Shown here: positions 10,372 through 20,275 of the stretch, piece after piece | Layout: the number at the start of each line of letters is the position of its first letter | Position numbering within the stretch: position 1 is the first letter of the stretch | Assembly: GCA_963719315.1 (NCBI GenBank) | Contig: CAVRBU010000002.1 | Coordinates: 1,216,001 to 1,280,000 of the forward strand | Direction of reading: 5' to 3' | DNA: 64,000 nt | Origin: an uncultured Planctomycetota bacterium | Lineage (GTDB): Bacteria; Planctomycetota; Planctomycetia; Pirellulales; Lacipirellulaceae | Notes under the pieces: generated by a model | Told to the model about the DNA's origin: nothing | Database searches by the model: none | The model's input: the letters and a program-made list of their open reading frames with translations, nothing else | Made by a program: the position numbers and the translations under genes

Positions 10372-10571
10372 GCATTTGAGATTCGCAAATCTGCGCCTAT
10401 TCAAACGTGGCCCCTAGTGCGACACACAATTTCCCACTAGCCGAAGAACGCGCCGGCAAACCGTGAGTTGTTACAATTATGGCTGTTTGGGAGTCTGGAT
10501 TGGTTCCAGGCTCGGCCCATCTGGCGAAATGTCGGCCTAGTCATCGTTGGCGGTATTGGGGAGTCAGTTCG

Positions 10572-11141
10572 ATGCACACCGAAATATTGATAATAGTCGT
10601 TTGTTTGCTGGGGCAATTAACCCAGACACCCGCTCCAAATCTTACTACTTCCGAGAGCATTGAAGTACGCTACGCCCGTACGCAATTGCAATTGAGCGAG
10701 GCGAACCTGAATCGCGTTGAGCAGCGCAACAAGCAAGTAGAGCGTTCAGTGCCGAGCAGCGTCGTGGCCGAATACCAACACGAGGTGCAGGTGGCGAAAA
10801 CACGACTGGAGCAAGCTAACGCTGGCCGGGCCGCTAGTGAATTTCAAGTCTGGTTGCAGCGCGCCGAAGCCGAACGAAAAACGGCGGAGACGACATGGAA
10901 GAACGCGACTGCCGCGAACGGTAGCGTGCCCGGGACCGTCGAGCCGCTCGAACGTCGAACGTTATCGTCTGCCGCCGAGGTTGCTAAACTACAACTCGAA
11001 CGCGGCCAGGCTTTGGTTGACTCCGGCCGCGAAGCGCAACAGCAATGGGAAATCGAGGTGCTGGATAACGAGGTGCAGCGTCTGAAAGAAGAATCCCGTC
11101 AGTCAACGCCGTTCATCGGTTTTCCGTCCTGGGGGTGGTGA
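10572..11141 (+). CDS. Hypothetical secreted coiled-coil protein
   Basis: Hydrophobic N-terminus MHTEILIIVVCLLGQ and a helical E/Q/A/R-rich body. Possible compensating indels near 10950-10970. Confidence 0.6.
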   Translation: MHTEILIIVVCLLGQLTQTPAPNLTTSESIEVRYARTQLQLSEANLNRVEQRNKQVERSVPSSVVAEYQHEVQVAKTRLEQANAGRAASEFQVWLQRAEAERKTAETTWKNATAANGSVPGTVEPLERRTLSSAAEVAKLQLERGQALVDSGREAQQQWEIEVLDNEVQRLKEESRQSTPFIGFPSWGW

Positions 11142-11481
11142 GTGTGGTGCCCGGCTTGCCATTCGCCTCCGCGACCTTTACAGCGAATCCACATTGTTAG
11201 CTGGCTGATGACCCACAATGCGTGTAGTTGTGGCTTCAGCCTACAACCGACCCTTTCTCGGAATGCTGAGCCAACGTGAACGGTATACTAAGGGCCGCAT
11301 CACATTGCATCTCTAATCGAGGCCGTCGATCAACACAATCTAATTTTCCGCTGCGAACTTATCGAAGGCGCCGAATCGGAAAAGCGGCGTGACAACGTGG
11401 CCGATATTTTGAATGAACTTCTTGGTTGTCGCTTTTTGAAATGTTGTAATTTGTCGTCCCGGGTATTTCGAGAAGATCTCG

Positions 11482-12012
11482 ATGTCACTTTCTGCATTTA
11501 ACGTCGGCAACCTTGGCATCTCGTCCGCCCTTCAGCTTACCCTCTGGCCTTCTCGTCCCAGGCTTCGGGAACTGACGGCAGAAGCAACTACCGCTTTAGG
11601 CACTGAGGAACAGGCGATCGGGCTTCGCGCTCTCGGGCATGATTTCGTACGGTATCTTCAATTTGAGTCCGCGGCGATTGAAAGCACGCACTATGCGGGG
11701 CTCTCCGGATTCCAAATTACACTTTCGGAGTTGAGCGAGTGCACAGACTCTGGACGACGACTTGCGAAACGCTCTGTTCGAATTCTCACCGACAAGCGTA
11801 ATGGCCCGATCCTGCGCGGCTTCGGTGAAAGTGACGACCGGCAGGAAATAACAGCCGTGTTTTCGCATCTTTCAGTCGAAGGTTGGGAGCGACTCGTTGT
11901 CAAACTCGGCTGGAATCCAAATGATCTAAGTCAAGCCAACGCACCCGGGATCGTGTTCTACCCTTCCGCCGATCCAGATATGACCCTTCTCGGTCCTCCG
12001 TATTGGGCGTAG
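11482..12012 (+). CDS. Hypothetical protein
   Basis: 176-aa ORF with ATG start; no recognisable motif. Confidence 0.45.
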   Translation: MSLSAFNVGNLGISSALQLTLWPSRPRLRELTAEATTALGTEEQAIGLRALGHDFVRYLQFESAAIESTHYAGLSGFQITLSELSECTDSGRRLAKRSVRILTDKRNGPILRGFGESDDRQEITAVFSHLSVEGWERLVVKLGWNPNDLSQANAPGIVFYPSADPDMTLLGPPYWA

Positions 12013-12108
12013 ATATTCAGCGACGCCGCTGTCGGACAGCTAGCCGCAGACATTGCTACCGATCGCAGCGTTGGGATGTAAGTGACGTTGGCTCGCAGAA
12101 GGGTGGTA

Positions 12109-12164
12109 GTGCCATAAACTCGATCGTCAGTGGGACGAGCCGTTAATCGACCGTTTCTGAAACG
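12109..12164 (+). repeat. Island repeat family, proximal module only
   Basis: GTGCCATAAACTCG..GTGGGAC..TCGACCGTTTCTGAAACG. Confidence 0.65.
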
Positions 12165-12418
12165 ACCGACCATTCTCAACTACTCATCCGTTTGATGGCA
12201 TAGCTGGGGCGTGCCGAGAACTCGTCTCCGCGGTCGGTCTGACACTCGGCGGTCATTTTGACCGCAAAAGCACGCCGGCAAACCAACGATCTCAAGTCTC
12301 ATCGGCGGGTCGTTGCTACAATGGCGACCGTTACGAGCCTGGATGGCTCCAGGCCCAGCCTATATCGGAAATGTCGGTCTACCTATAAGCTATCGCAGTT
12401 CCAGAGCGGGAGTGAACG

Positions 12419-13453
12419 ATGCACAGAGCGACGATCGCGGTGGCAGCTTTTCTCCTGTTTGCGCCCTCTTCCTTGGCCGTGGAATACCAGCAAGGTTTGG
12501 ACGTTTCCCATTTTCAGGGAAACATCGACTGGAACGCAGTTCGCAACGCCGGCATTAAGTTCACATTTGCCAAGGCCACGGAAGGCGTCGACTTCGTCGA
12601 CGTGAACTTCCATCAATACATGACGGGCGCAATTGCAGCTGGCGTGCCGATCGGCCCGTATCACTTTGGCCGCCTAAATAGCGGCGAGACGATCCCGACC
12701 GATGCCATCGATGAAGCGAATGATTTCGTAGACGCGATCGAGCAATACTACGATAGCGCGGGAATGGTGTTGCGACCCGTGCTGGACTACGAGCAGTTGC
12801 CCAACGACCCCGTCTCGCCCAGCGTGCAGGCCTACGTTTCAAAATGGATCCGCGACTTCAGCGGTCGCGTTCAGGAGCGGTTGGGCTTCCCACCGATCAT
12901 TTACACGTGCTGCGGAATTAACACTGCCACTTTTTTAGAACCGGACATCGCCCAACACGACTTATGGGTCAGGAAAATCACCGGAGGCAATACATTTGAT
13001 CCCGACTCACCGCCGACCGCGAGCGATATGGGGATTTGGAGTGACTGGACGTTTTGGCAGTGGAGCGCCACCGGCAATGTCGCCGGCATCAGTCCAGTTG
13101 ATCGGGATGTATTCGAAGGCACGATGGAGCAATTGGCCCAACACATTCCTACCTACCACGCGGGAGACTTCAATCGCAGCGGCCATGTGGACGCGGCCGA
13201 CTACGTACAATGGCGCAACACTATCGGGCAGGCCGTCAACATGGGGACCGCGGCAGATGGCAACTTGAACGGAATCGTCGATCTCGATGACTATCGAGTT
13301 TGGAGGGCTAATTTTGGGGCCGCTTATAATGTCGGACTTGGTAATACGGTCAGTTCCACCTCCACAGTTCCAGAGACAGAGGGACGTTTGATGGTCATGT
13401 TAGCCTTTGTCGGCGCGATGGCCGTTTATCGCACTCGTCGTCGACCCCTCTAA
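12419..13453 (+). CDS. GH25 muramidase (lysozyme) with dockerin-like domain and variant PEP-CTERM anchor
   Basis: Signal peptide, 'GLDVSHFQGNIDW', 'FAKATEG', 'GPYHF', DxE motif 'VLDYE', 'WTFWQWS', 'GDFNRSGHVDAADY', 'VPETEG'+TM+RRR. Confidence 0.92.
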   Translation: MHRATIAVAAFLLFAPSSLAVEYQQGLDVSHFQGNIDWNAVRNAGIKFTFAKATEGVDFVDVNFHQYMTGAIAAGVPIGPYHFGRLNSGETIPTDAIDEANDFVDAIEQYYDSAGMVLRPVLDYEQLPNDPVSPSVQAYVSKWIRDFSGRVQERLGFPPIIYTCCGINTATFLEPDIAQHDLWVRKITGGNTFDPDSPPTASDMGIWSDWTFWQWSATGNVAGISPVDRDVFEGTMEQLAQHIPTYHAGDFNRSGHVDAADYVQWRNTIGQAVNMGTAADGNLNGIVDLDDYRVWRANFGAAYNVGLGNTVSSTSTVPETEGRLMVMLAFVGAMAVYRTRRRPL

Positions 13454-13578
13454 ACTCCAAACATCAATTCTTGCGCCCGAATATGGACGCATCGGCTATT
13501 GGCGGTTCGCTCAATGGACCACCGCCTGGCGAGCCTGCTTCGTCCGACGATGGATTGGCAAGCATGTCGGCATGAATT

Positions 13579-13819
13579 GTGTCACCAACGCATCAACGGT
13601 GTTATGCTGAGACACGCCAAGTATCGACCGTTTAGACACGGCCGGAAAGGTGACGATTCCGCCAACTCCGGAGCCGGTGACTGACCCTTTCGCGCGGTGT
13701 CCCGAAACTCATCGATCCGGCGATCTTTGACACAGATTTTCCGTATCGGGAACTCATACGTTATCTCAGGCTGGGACACGGGGCAGTTCTGAGCCCTGAA
13801 ATGCCTCGGCAAAAGAACG
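13579..13819 (+). repeat. Island repeat family, full copy
   Basis: GAGACACGCCAAGTATCGACCGTTTAGACAC..AAACTCATCGATCCGG..CACAGATTTTCCGTATCGGGAACTCATACGTTATCTCAG..GAGCCCTGAAA..CGGCAAAAGAACG. Confidence 0.9.
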
Positions 13820-14223
13820 TTTCTGATTCCGATTTCAAATCCAGGCGCCTCGACTCATTTCGGAAATCAGCCCTTCGGCAACCATGTTGAGGGGCTTTCT
13901 CATTGTGGGATAAAGAGTTACGTCATCAATTTGAAGTTCAATCACGCGAAGTACAATCGGCAATCCCCAGACAATCCTGCGGTAAACTATGACATTGCAT
14001 GGACTTACCTAGTTCAAACGCGCGAGCCGTGATTTCGAAAGTACGCCCGTGTGCTGCGTATAAATAGCGGAGTAATCTCTTGCGAGAGGGGCTGGTAAGC
14101 TTGGTGACAATTTCCCGTGCTGTCTGCGGTGGCAATGCCATCACCGACAATTGAGAGCTAGCCAGTTGACTTGCTTCTACAATTCATCAGAAGGAGTACG
14201 AACCCCGGCGCGGAGGGATTTCA

Positions 14224-15387
14224 ATGACCACTCTGCTGACTCGCCAATGCCAATGTCCCAACTGCCAGCAACCGAGGGACCATCCCGACAAGCCGCTGCA
14301 CCACCGGCTTAATGTATTACTCTCTTTCCTGAACGCACAGCAACGCCGCTGGGTCGCAGCACTTGTGTCAGGGTGTCTCGGTTCAGGAGGCGCAAAACTT
14401 ACGTCGCAAATAACCGGGCTGCCTTCCGATGTCATTCTTCAGGGGCAACATGACCTTGATATGGATTTGAAGGGCTATGGGGCTGATTGCGTTCACGGTC
14501 ATCGCCACATCCGCCACCCTGGCGGAGGACGACCACGAAGACTGACGGCAGATCAGGCGAACCGCTTGAAGGAACTGCTTTCACAGGGCGCAACTGCACA
14601 TGGGTGGGTGAATGATCTTTGGACACTGCGGCGAGTTCGTGAGTTAGTTCAGGAGAAACTGGGAGAACACGTATCTACCCCTGCCTTGCGACGCGCATTG
14701 AAGGAACAACTTGGCTGGTCACTCCAGAAACCCGTACAGCAGTTACGGGACCATGACGACGAGGAAGTCGAAAGGTGGAAGAAGGACGAGTTCTCCCGTA
14801 TCAAACGCCAGGCATGTCGTCGCCACGCTCATCTCGTATTCATAGATGAATCTGGTTTCATGCTCGCGCCGACTTGTCGTCGTACCTACGCGCCGCGAGG
14901 GAGCGGGCCAGTGATCAAAGTCACCGATCCACATGCAAAGATCTCTGTAATGGCTGCGATTGTCGTAAGCCCACAGTATCACAATGCAAGGCTTGTTTAC
15001 CAGTTGTCCGATGATTACGCCAATTTCAACGGGGCGGACACGTCGGCGTTTCTCCGATTTCTATCCGATGAAGTCAACAACCGGATTGTCGTGATTTGGG
15101 ATGCTGTTCGCATCCACTACGCTGAACCGGTGAAGAAATTCCTCACGGGTCGTAAAACACTTGTCCTGGAGCAGTTTCCACCTAATGCGTCAGGGCTAAA
15201 TCCAGTTGATAACGTTTGGTCATATCTTAAGTACGGACGCCTGTCGAACTACGCTCCGTTCGACCTGCGCCAATTGCGAAAGACCCTTACGGCTGAATTG
15301 CGTCGATTAAGAAAGCATCCCGATCTTCTCTTCTCATTCATAAAGCGGACCGGCTTGATGCTGACCGGGAAACTGCGAGAGCCATAA
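14224..15387 (+). CDS. IS630-like transposase with ISAzo13-like N-terminal module; DD35D triad
   Basis: N-terminus CxCxxC + 'LNAQQRRWVAAL..G.GG...SQITG...IRHPGGGRP'. Winged HTH 'LWTLRRVRELV...GWSLQKP'. Catalytic 'FIDESGF', 'IWDA', 'LNPVDNVW'. Confidence 0.8.
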   Translation: MTTLLTRQCQCPNCQQPRDHPDKPLHHRLNVLLSFLNAQQRRWVAALVSGCLGSGGAKLTSQITGLPSDVILQGQHDLDMDLKGYGADCVHGHRHIRHPGGGRPRRLTADQANRLKELLSQGATAHGWVNDLWTLRRVRELVQEKLGEHVSTPALRRALKEQLGWSLQKPVQQLRDHDDEEVERWKKDEFSRIKRQACRRHAHLVFIDESGFMLAPTCRRTYAPRGSGPVIKVTDPHAKISVMAAIVVSPQYHNARLVYQLSDDYANFNGADTSAFLRFLSDEVNNRIVVIWDAVRIHYAEPVKKFLTGRKTLVLEQFPPNASGLNPVDNVWSYLKYGRLSNYAPFDLRQLRKTLTAELRRLRKHPDLLFSFIKRTGLMLTGKLREP

Positions 15388-15443
15388 CGGCGAAAGCGAG
15401 ATTGCCAGCCTTGACAAGGCGTTCGATGCGTGAGGGGGAACGA

Positions 15444-16028
15444 ATGGGTTCAACGATCTTGGACCGAGCGTGGAAAAGGTGTGCGAACATCGTCTTCATT
15501 GATGAAGCGGGCTTTATGCTGGCCCCATTGCTACGTCGCACATGGGCACCACGCGGGCATACCCCGGTCATTAAAATCACCAGCCCCCATGAGCGCATCT
15601 CGGTCATTGCGGCAATATCGATCAGCCCGAGACACAAGAGTTTTCAGTTTCACTTTCATCTGTCGGAGGACAACGCCAATTTTCATGCAGACTTAGTTGC
15701 ACAATTTATCGAGGAGGTACGTCGAAAACTTCATGGCCCGATGACAGTCTTGTGGGATACGATCCGTATTCATCTTGGAAAACCTGTAAGTGATTATCTC
15801 GTAAGGCATCGTAGGATAGTCGTTGAGGCGTTCCCGCCTTACGCCCCAGAATTGAACCCTGTTGACTACGTGTGGTCCTACGTTAAGTATGGTCGATTGG
15901 CGAATTACTGCCCCAGAAGTCTTTCCGAATTGCGCAAGCGTATCACCACTGAATTTCGGCGGTTGCAAAAGCGATCGAAACTAATAGAGGCGCTCTTTAG
16001 ACGCGCGGGGCTTCCGCTCGACCCCTAA
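15444..16028 (+). CDS. Second IS630-like catalytic-domain-only protein (DD35D)
   Basis: 'IVFIDEAGFML.P..RRTWAPRG', 'LWDT', 'PPYAPELNPVDYVWSYVKYGRLANY'. Purine-rich RBS (GAGGGGG) before ATG 15444; alternative starts at 15402 or 15426. Confidence 0.8.
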   Translation: MGSTILDRAWKRCANIVFIDEAGFMLAPLLRRTWAPRGHTPVIKITSPHERISVIAAISISPRHKSFQFHFHLSEDNANFHADLVAQFIEEVRRKLHGPMTVLWDTIRIHLGKPVSDYLVRHRRIVVEAFPPYAPELNPVDYVWSYVKYGRLANYCPRSLSELRKRITTEFRRLQKRSKLIEALFRRAGLPLDP

Positions 16029-16065
16029 CCCCGATTACCGCCGACGGGCAGTCGCCAGGTAAGAG

Positions 16066-16770
16066 ATGAAACGCAGGTACTTAGCATTCGACCTTGAGAC
16101 TGCGAAGGTACAGTCACCCAATATGCGCGATTGGAAGACAGATCGCCCGCTGGGGATTTCGTGTGCCGCGACTTTGCTGGAAGATGCAAGCGAGCCGCTT
16201 CTTTGGCATGGCGGTAAAATTGGTCATCCCGCAATCCAAATGAGTCGGCAGAAAGCGGTCGCATTGGTCGAATACTTGACGACCAAGGTTGCGAGTGGCT
16301 ACACCATTGTTAGTTGGAACGGCGTTGGATTTGATTTTGACATTCTGGCAGAAGAATCAGGATTACTTGACGAATGCGGGATACTGGCACGCGACCATGT
16401 GGACATGATGTTTCATGTCCTTTGCAAGCTTGGATATGGTGTCGGACTCGATTCTGCGGCAAAGGGAATGGGCCTATCAGGAAAGGGAGTGGGACTTTCT
16501 GGGGCAATGATGCCGCGACTCTGGGCCAAAAAGAAATGGCAAGAAGTGTTTGACTACGTGGCCCAAGACGTGTGGATTACGCTCGAACTGGCGATGGCGT
16601 GCGAAGCGAAAAGGCGTTTTCAGTGGGTAACACGTTTCGGCAGGGTGCGCGAAATGTCATTGCGGAAAGGATGGTTGCCAGTTAGTTCGGCTGCAAAGCT
16701 GCCGAAACCCAACAGGGCATGGATGAGTCCCCAATGGTCGCGGAAAGCGTTCATCGCGTGGATTCCTTGA
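16066..16770 (+). CDS. DEDD 3'-5' exonuclease-like (RNase H-like) protein
   Basis: ExoI 'YLAFDLET', ExoII 'SWNGVGFDFDIL', 'HVDMM', ExoIII 'YVAQDV'. Confidence 0.85.
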   Translation: MKRRYLAFDLETAKVQSPNMRDWKTDRPLGISCAATLLEDASEPLLWHGGKIGHPAIQMSRQKAVALVEYLTTKVASGYTIVSWNGVGFDFDILAEESGLLDECGILARDHVDMMFHVLCKLGYGVGLDSAAKGMGLSGKGVGLSGAMMPRLWAKKKWQEVFDYVAQDVWITLELAMACEAKRRFQWVTRFGRVREMSLRKGWLPVSSAAKLPKPNRAWMSPQWSRKAFIAWIP

Positions 16771-16945
16771 ACCGGCCCAATAATATCTACGCCGCTATCA
16801 CCAACCGCTTTACCTCGTCATCCCATGCCTCGACGCCCTGGACGAAAAGTTCTAACGGTGTCTTGTCGCCTCGATCTTGTCAAAATACCAAAACGGCCGT
16901 TGGAGCGCTGGTAGAAATGACTGCGGAAGTGAACCGTAGGAAGCT

Positions 16946-17635
16946 TCAACGCATCACGCGATATGCTTCGTCTGCACGTCGTTTACGCAGCGTGCCCCCC
17001 GCCGCCAGAAGGCCGCTCATCATCAAAGAGACCGTGGCAGGTTCGGGAACATTCAGGGACGTGGAACCGTTCAGGGTTACGAAGTCACCATCAGTAAGAC
17101 TGAAAGCGATCTTCAATTGAATAGTCGGGTCCACCAGGTTTGGCCCCGAGTCATCAACCTGTGATAAGGGACACGTCGCAGTTAGACCCGGAGCACCTGT
17201 CAGATCGCATCCGTCATCGTATTGGCCGACGATCGCTCCATCGACAGTAACTGTGTTAATGAATGGCAACCCAGTCAACGACGCATGTCCGTCGAGATTG
17301 GCATCCGTGATCGTCGCGATGCTGGTGCCAACGAAGGAAAGGTACGGCCCGCCCAGGTAGACTTGCTGAATCGTGATCTCCACCGTCGGGTCACCGCCGA
17401 TGGATAGGCGGTAATTGATACCCGGATCCGCATCAGTGGTCGCGTCAAAAGTAAACGTAAAAAGTGCGTTGCTGAGAGACCCGCTGATCGAGTAACCTTG
17501 CGCGATGGACGACACAACAAAACTGTTGCTATAGTCGACGCCATCAATAACAGCGGTGATGCTGGGTGCGGCCTGGCAGACTCCGCCGTACACACTGCAA
17601 ATCGCTAAACCGAGGAGAGCGAAACTCCGCCACAT
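16946..17635 (-). CDS. PEP-CTERM protein
   Basis: Signal peptide MWRSFALLGLAIC, AAGGGG RBS, 'VPEPATVSLMMSGLLAAGGTLRKRR'. Confidence 0.9.
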   Translation of the reverse strand: MWRSFALLGLAICSVYGGVCQAAPSITAVIDGVDYSNSFVVSSIAQGYSISGSLSNALFTFTFDATTDADPGINYRLSIGGDPTVEITIQQVYLGGPYLSFVGTSIATITDANLDGHASLTGLPFINTVTVDGAIVGQYDDGCDLTGAPGLTATCPLSQVDDSGPNLVDPTIQLKIAFSLTDGDFVTLNGSTSLNVPEPATVSLMMSGLLAAGGTLRKRRADEAYRVMR

Positions 17636-18082
17636 AGAACAATCCCCCTTTATCCAGCGTCGGGTGTAGTATACACGAAATCGTTTTCTGTGCTCCCATT
17701 GCGTAGAAAGAAATGCGGTTAAAAAGGGGTGCCGGTTGGTCCAACAGGATGGTTAATCTGCAGGTGATTGGCTGGCTAAGAGCAGTGACGACCAACGCGT
17801 CAAATTGGCTCGGCAATCGACTCTAAGGCACTCAGCCAGCGACGGAAGTAGCCCAGAAAAAGTTCAAAAGCCCAGTCACCTCGGCTTTTCGACTGTAGAG
17901 GTCGTTCGTCGCCGAGAGACCCCTTGGCTCAAAAGCAACCCGCCGTGGCTCTCAAATCCACCTCGAATTGAGTAATTGCTCCGTGGCAGCGGGACATATT
18001 GGGGTTGTAATCCGACTTGCTCATTCACGCGACCGCATCGGGGTGGCGTCGGACGATTTGCTCCATTCGTTTTCGAAACGTT

Positions 18083-18377
18083 GTGTCTCATAAACTCGTC
18101 AGCCGCAAGACATGCCAACAACTCACCGTTTTAGAAACGAATTCTGCCGCCGATGTTTGTTCTGGCCAACCTGCTTCGGTGGCCGGTACCGCACGAATTC
18201 GACGGTCCTTCAAACTCCCGTTGGTCGCATCGCCCGTCCACACGAGTGAATCGTCGTTCGGGGCACCAATCAATTCCACCGACGGCAATTCGCGGCAGCG
18301 AATCGTGCAGTCAATCTGATGACGTTCGGCGACCTTCAAAGCAATGTGTTCCTGACCAAGGTCGAACCGTCAGGGAG
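18083..18377 (+). repeat. Island repeat family, subtype B (proximal module plus alternative distal part)
   Basis: GTCTCATAAACTCGTC..ACCGTTTTAGAAACG. The distal AACCTGCTTCGGT ... AAGGTCGAACCGTC is shared with 22285-22564. Confidence 0.75.
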
Positions 18378-18522
18378 CACGAACTTGCTCCGCGTCCAAT
18401 GTCACGCCCTGGTATGACGCTTCTATAAGAATAAATCCCTCTTCTGGTGGGAGTCGGCTTGGATTTGCTTTGGGGATAAGGATGGGAACAACGCCCTCTT
18501 TTCCCGATGAAGGAGAATCCAA

Positions 18523-20106
18523 ATGGCCTCAATGCTCGGTTCCAATCGTCGGCGGCACGGTACGCCGAAGTCACGTCCGCGGCGGCAATCGCTCCAAAAA
18601 CCCAATGGCGTCATTGGTCCCCGCGTCCAGAAGGTGGGCGGTGAGCGTTTTGCGATCGTGTGTGTTGATCCGGCCAAACACCGATCCGAGTGGATGATGG
18701 CCGATTACTTCGGGAACCTGTTCATCGAACCTCAGACGCTCCAGCATCAAGCGCCCTGTTTCAAGTTGGCCATGGAGCAGATTCGCCAAGCCCAACAGGA
18801 GCATCACATTCAAGACACGATTGTCGTCGTGGAACGAACGGGCAACTACTACCTGCCTGTGAAACGTGCATTCGCCCAAGCTGGATTCGATACGCGGGTA
18901 GTCCATCCTTTTGCGACGAAACAGTATCGCATGCCAGCGGATCCGGGCAACAAGACCGACGAAACGGACCTGTATGCGCAACACCGAGCGGCTGTGGCCG
19001 GATTCGGTCTCTGTGAGTTCGAGCTGGAGCCACCCTATCGCCAGCTGCAGCTGAGGGCCCGGCATCGTCGCAACCTGGTCGAAAAGTCAGCGGCGCTCGC
19101 TTGCCAGATCCGCGATCACCTCCATCTGGCAATGCCCGGCTACGCCGACCTGTTCGACCGCCTCTTCGATCGCCTCACGCCCTTGGCCATTGCGCGCCGA
19201 GGTGACTCGCCCGCCATGTTGCTCCAGTTGGCGCACGGCGGTCTACGTCAGTATCTGCAGGACAACAAGATTCGCTACCAGACGCGAACAATCGAGCGAG
19301 TTCTGACCTGGGCCGCGGAGGCGACGAAGCTCCACATCCAAGACGGCCCTTTGCACCATGCGATCTGGACCGACCTCTACGAGCTTTATCAGCATTTTCG
19401 CGGCAAAATCTTGGCCTTGGAGCAACGGCTTGCTGGTGATCTTACGCGGACGCCCTATGTTCGTTTATTGGCCATCCCGGGCATCAATGTGGTTTCGGCA
19501 GCCGAGTTGGCTGGCGAAATGGGCCCGATCAATCGCTACGCGAATGCCAACGCCATCACCGGTCGCAGCGGCCTTTATCCCTCGCGTCATCAAAGCGATC
19601 AAACGGACAATGCCAGTGGTCCAATCATCCGCCAGGCCAATCGCCGATTGCGGTGCGTGCTGATGCGGATCGCCGACTGCTTGGCCTGCCACTGTAGTTA
19701 CTACCGTGGCCAAGCCGAACTGGATCAATCTCGCGGCATTGATAAGCGCGCCAGCCGCGTCAAGATCGCCAAACGCTTCAGCCGCCTGGTGCTGGCGTGT
19801 GTGGCTGGAGACCAGCCGATGAGGCACCCCTGTTTCCAAGAGCCGGATTCGATTCTGGAGAAACTGCGGCATTTTCATCACGACCATGAGACGCCGCTGG
19901 AATGCGTGATGGAAGACTTGCACGCCGCCGTCTCCCAGCTGCCGTACAATACGCGTTGCCACGAGGCGCAAGTAGTCGCCGCGGTCTTGGAGCAACAGAC
20001 CAAGCGTCGTCGAGGCGCCATCGCCATTGGCGAGCTGATGCCCGCCGTGCTTGCTCGATTAGGAGTCCACACAACCGAATCCAAGGAGACCAGGGATCGG
20101 CCCTGA
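18523..20106 (+). CDS. IS110-family transposase (DEDD RuvC-like + Tnp domain)
   Basis: 'VCVDPAK', 'VVVERTGNY', 'KTDETD', 'IPGINVVSAAELAGEMG', 'SGLYPSRHQS'. AAGGAG RBS; C-terminal extension. Confidence 0.93.
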   Translation: MASMLGSNRRRHGTPKSRPRRQSLQKPNGVIGPRVQKVGGERFAIVCVDPAKHRSEWMMADYFGNLFIEPQTLQHQAPCFKLAMEQIRQAQQEHHIQDTIVVVERTGNYYLPVKRAFAQAGFDTRVVHPFATKQYRMPADPGNKTDETDLYAQHRAAVAGFGLCEFELEPPYRQLQLRARHRRNLVEKSAALACQIRDHLHLAMPGYADLFDRLFDRLTPLAIARRGDSPAMLLQLAHGGLRQYLQDNKIRYQTRTIERVLTWAAEATKLHIQDGPLHHAIWTDLYELYQHFRGKILALEQRLAGDLTRTPYVRLLAIPGINVVSAAELAGEMGPINRYANANAITGRSGLYPSRHQSDQTDNASGPIIRQANRRLRCVLMRIADCLACHCSYYRGQAELDQSRGIDKRASRVKIAKRFSRLVLACVAGDQPMRHPCFQEPDSILEKLRHFHHDHETPLECVMEDLHAAVSQLPYNTRCHEAQVVAAVLEQQTKRRRGAIAIGELMPAVLARLGVHTTESKETRDRP

Positions 20107-20109
20107 ACT

Positions 20110-20275
20110 CGTGTGAGGATTGACACCGCCTTCACGCCCTATGGCATTCCTGCCTTTAATGTGCATGGCGCTCTGTCGGATCACCACCGCCTGATACGGC
20201 AGTTTGGGGCCGTCCCTCTTATGGATTACCTGTACGGCGAAACGTGATCACCAAGCGACAGAGATGATCCTCATC
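20110..20275 (+). ncRNA. Candidate IS110/IS1111 bridge (seek) RNA
   Basis: Nested stems TGAGGAT(20114-20120)/ATCCTCA(20267-20273), CTCTGTCG(20171-20178)/CGACAGAG(20256-20263), GATCAC(20179-20184)/GTGATC(20244-20249), separated by large loops. Confidence 0.55.

Noticed and set aside
12006..16793. 12-bp inverted match GGCGTAGATATT as ends of an element containing the IS630-like genes
   Set aside because: A 12-bp match is expected by chance in 64 kb. There is no target duplication or extension of the match.
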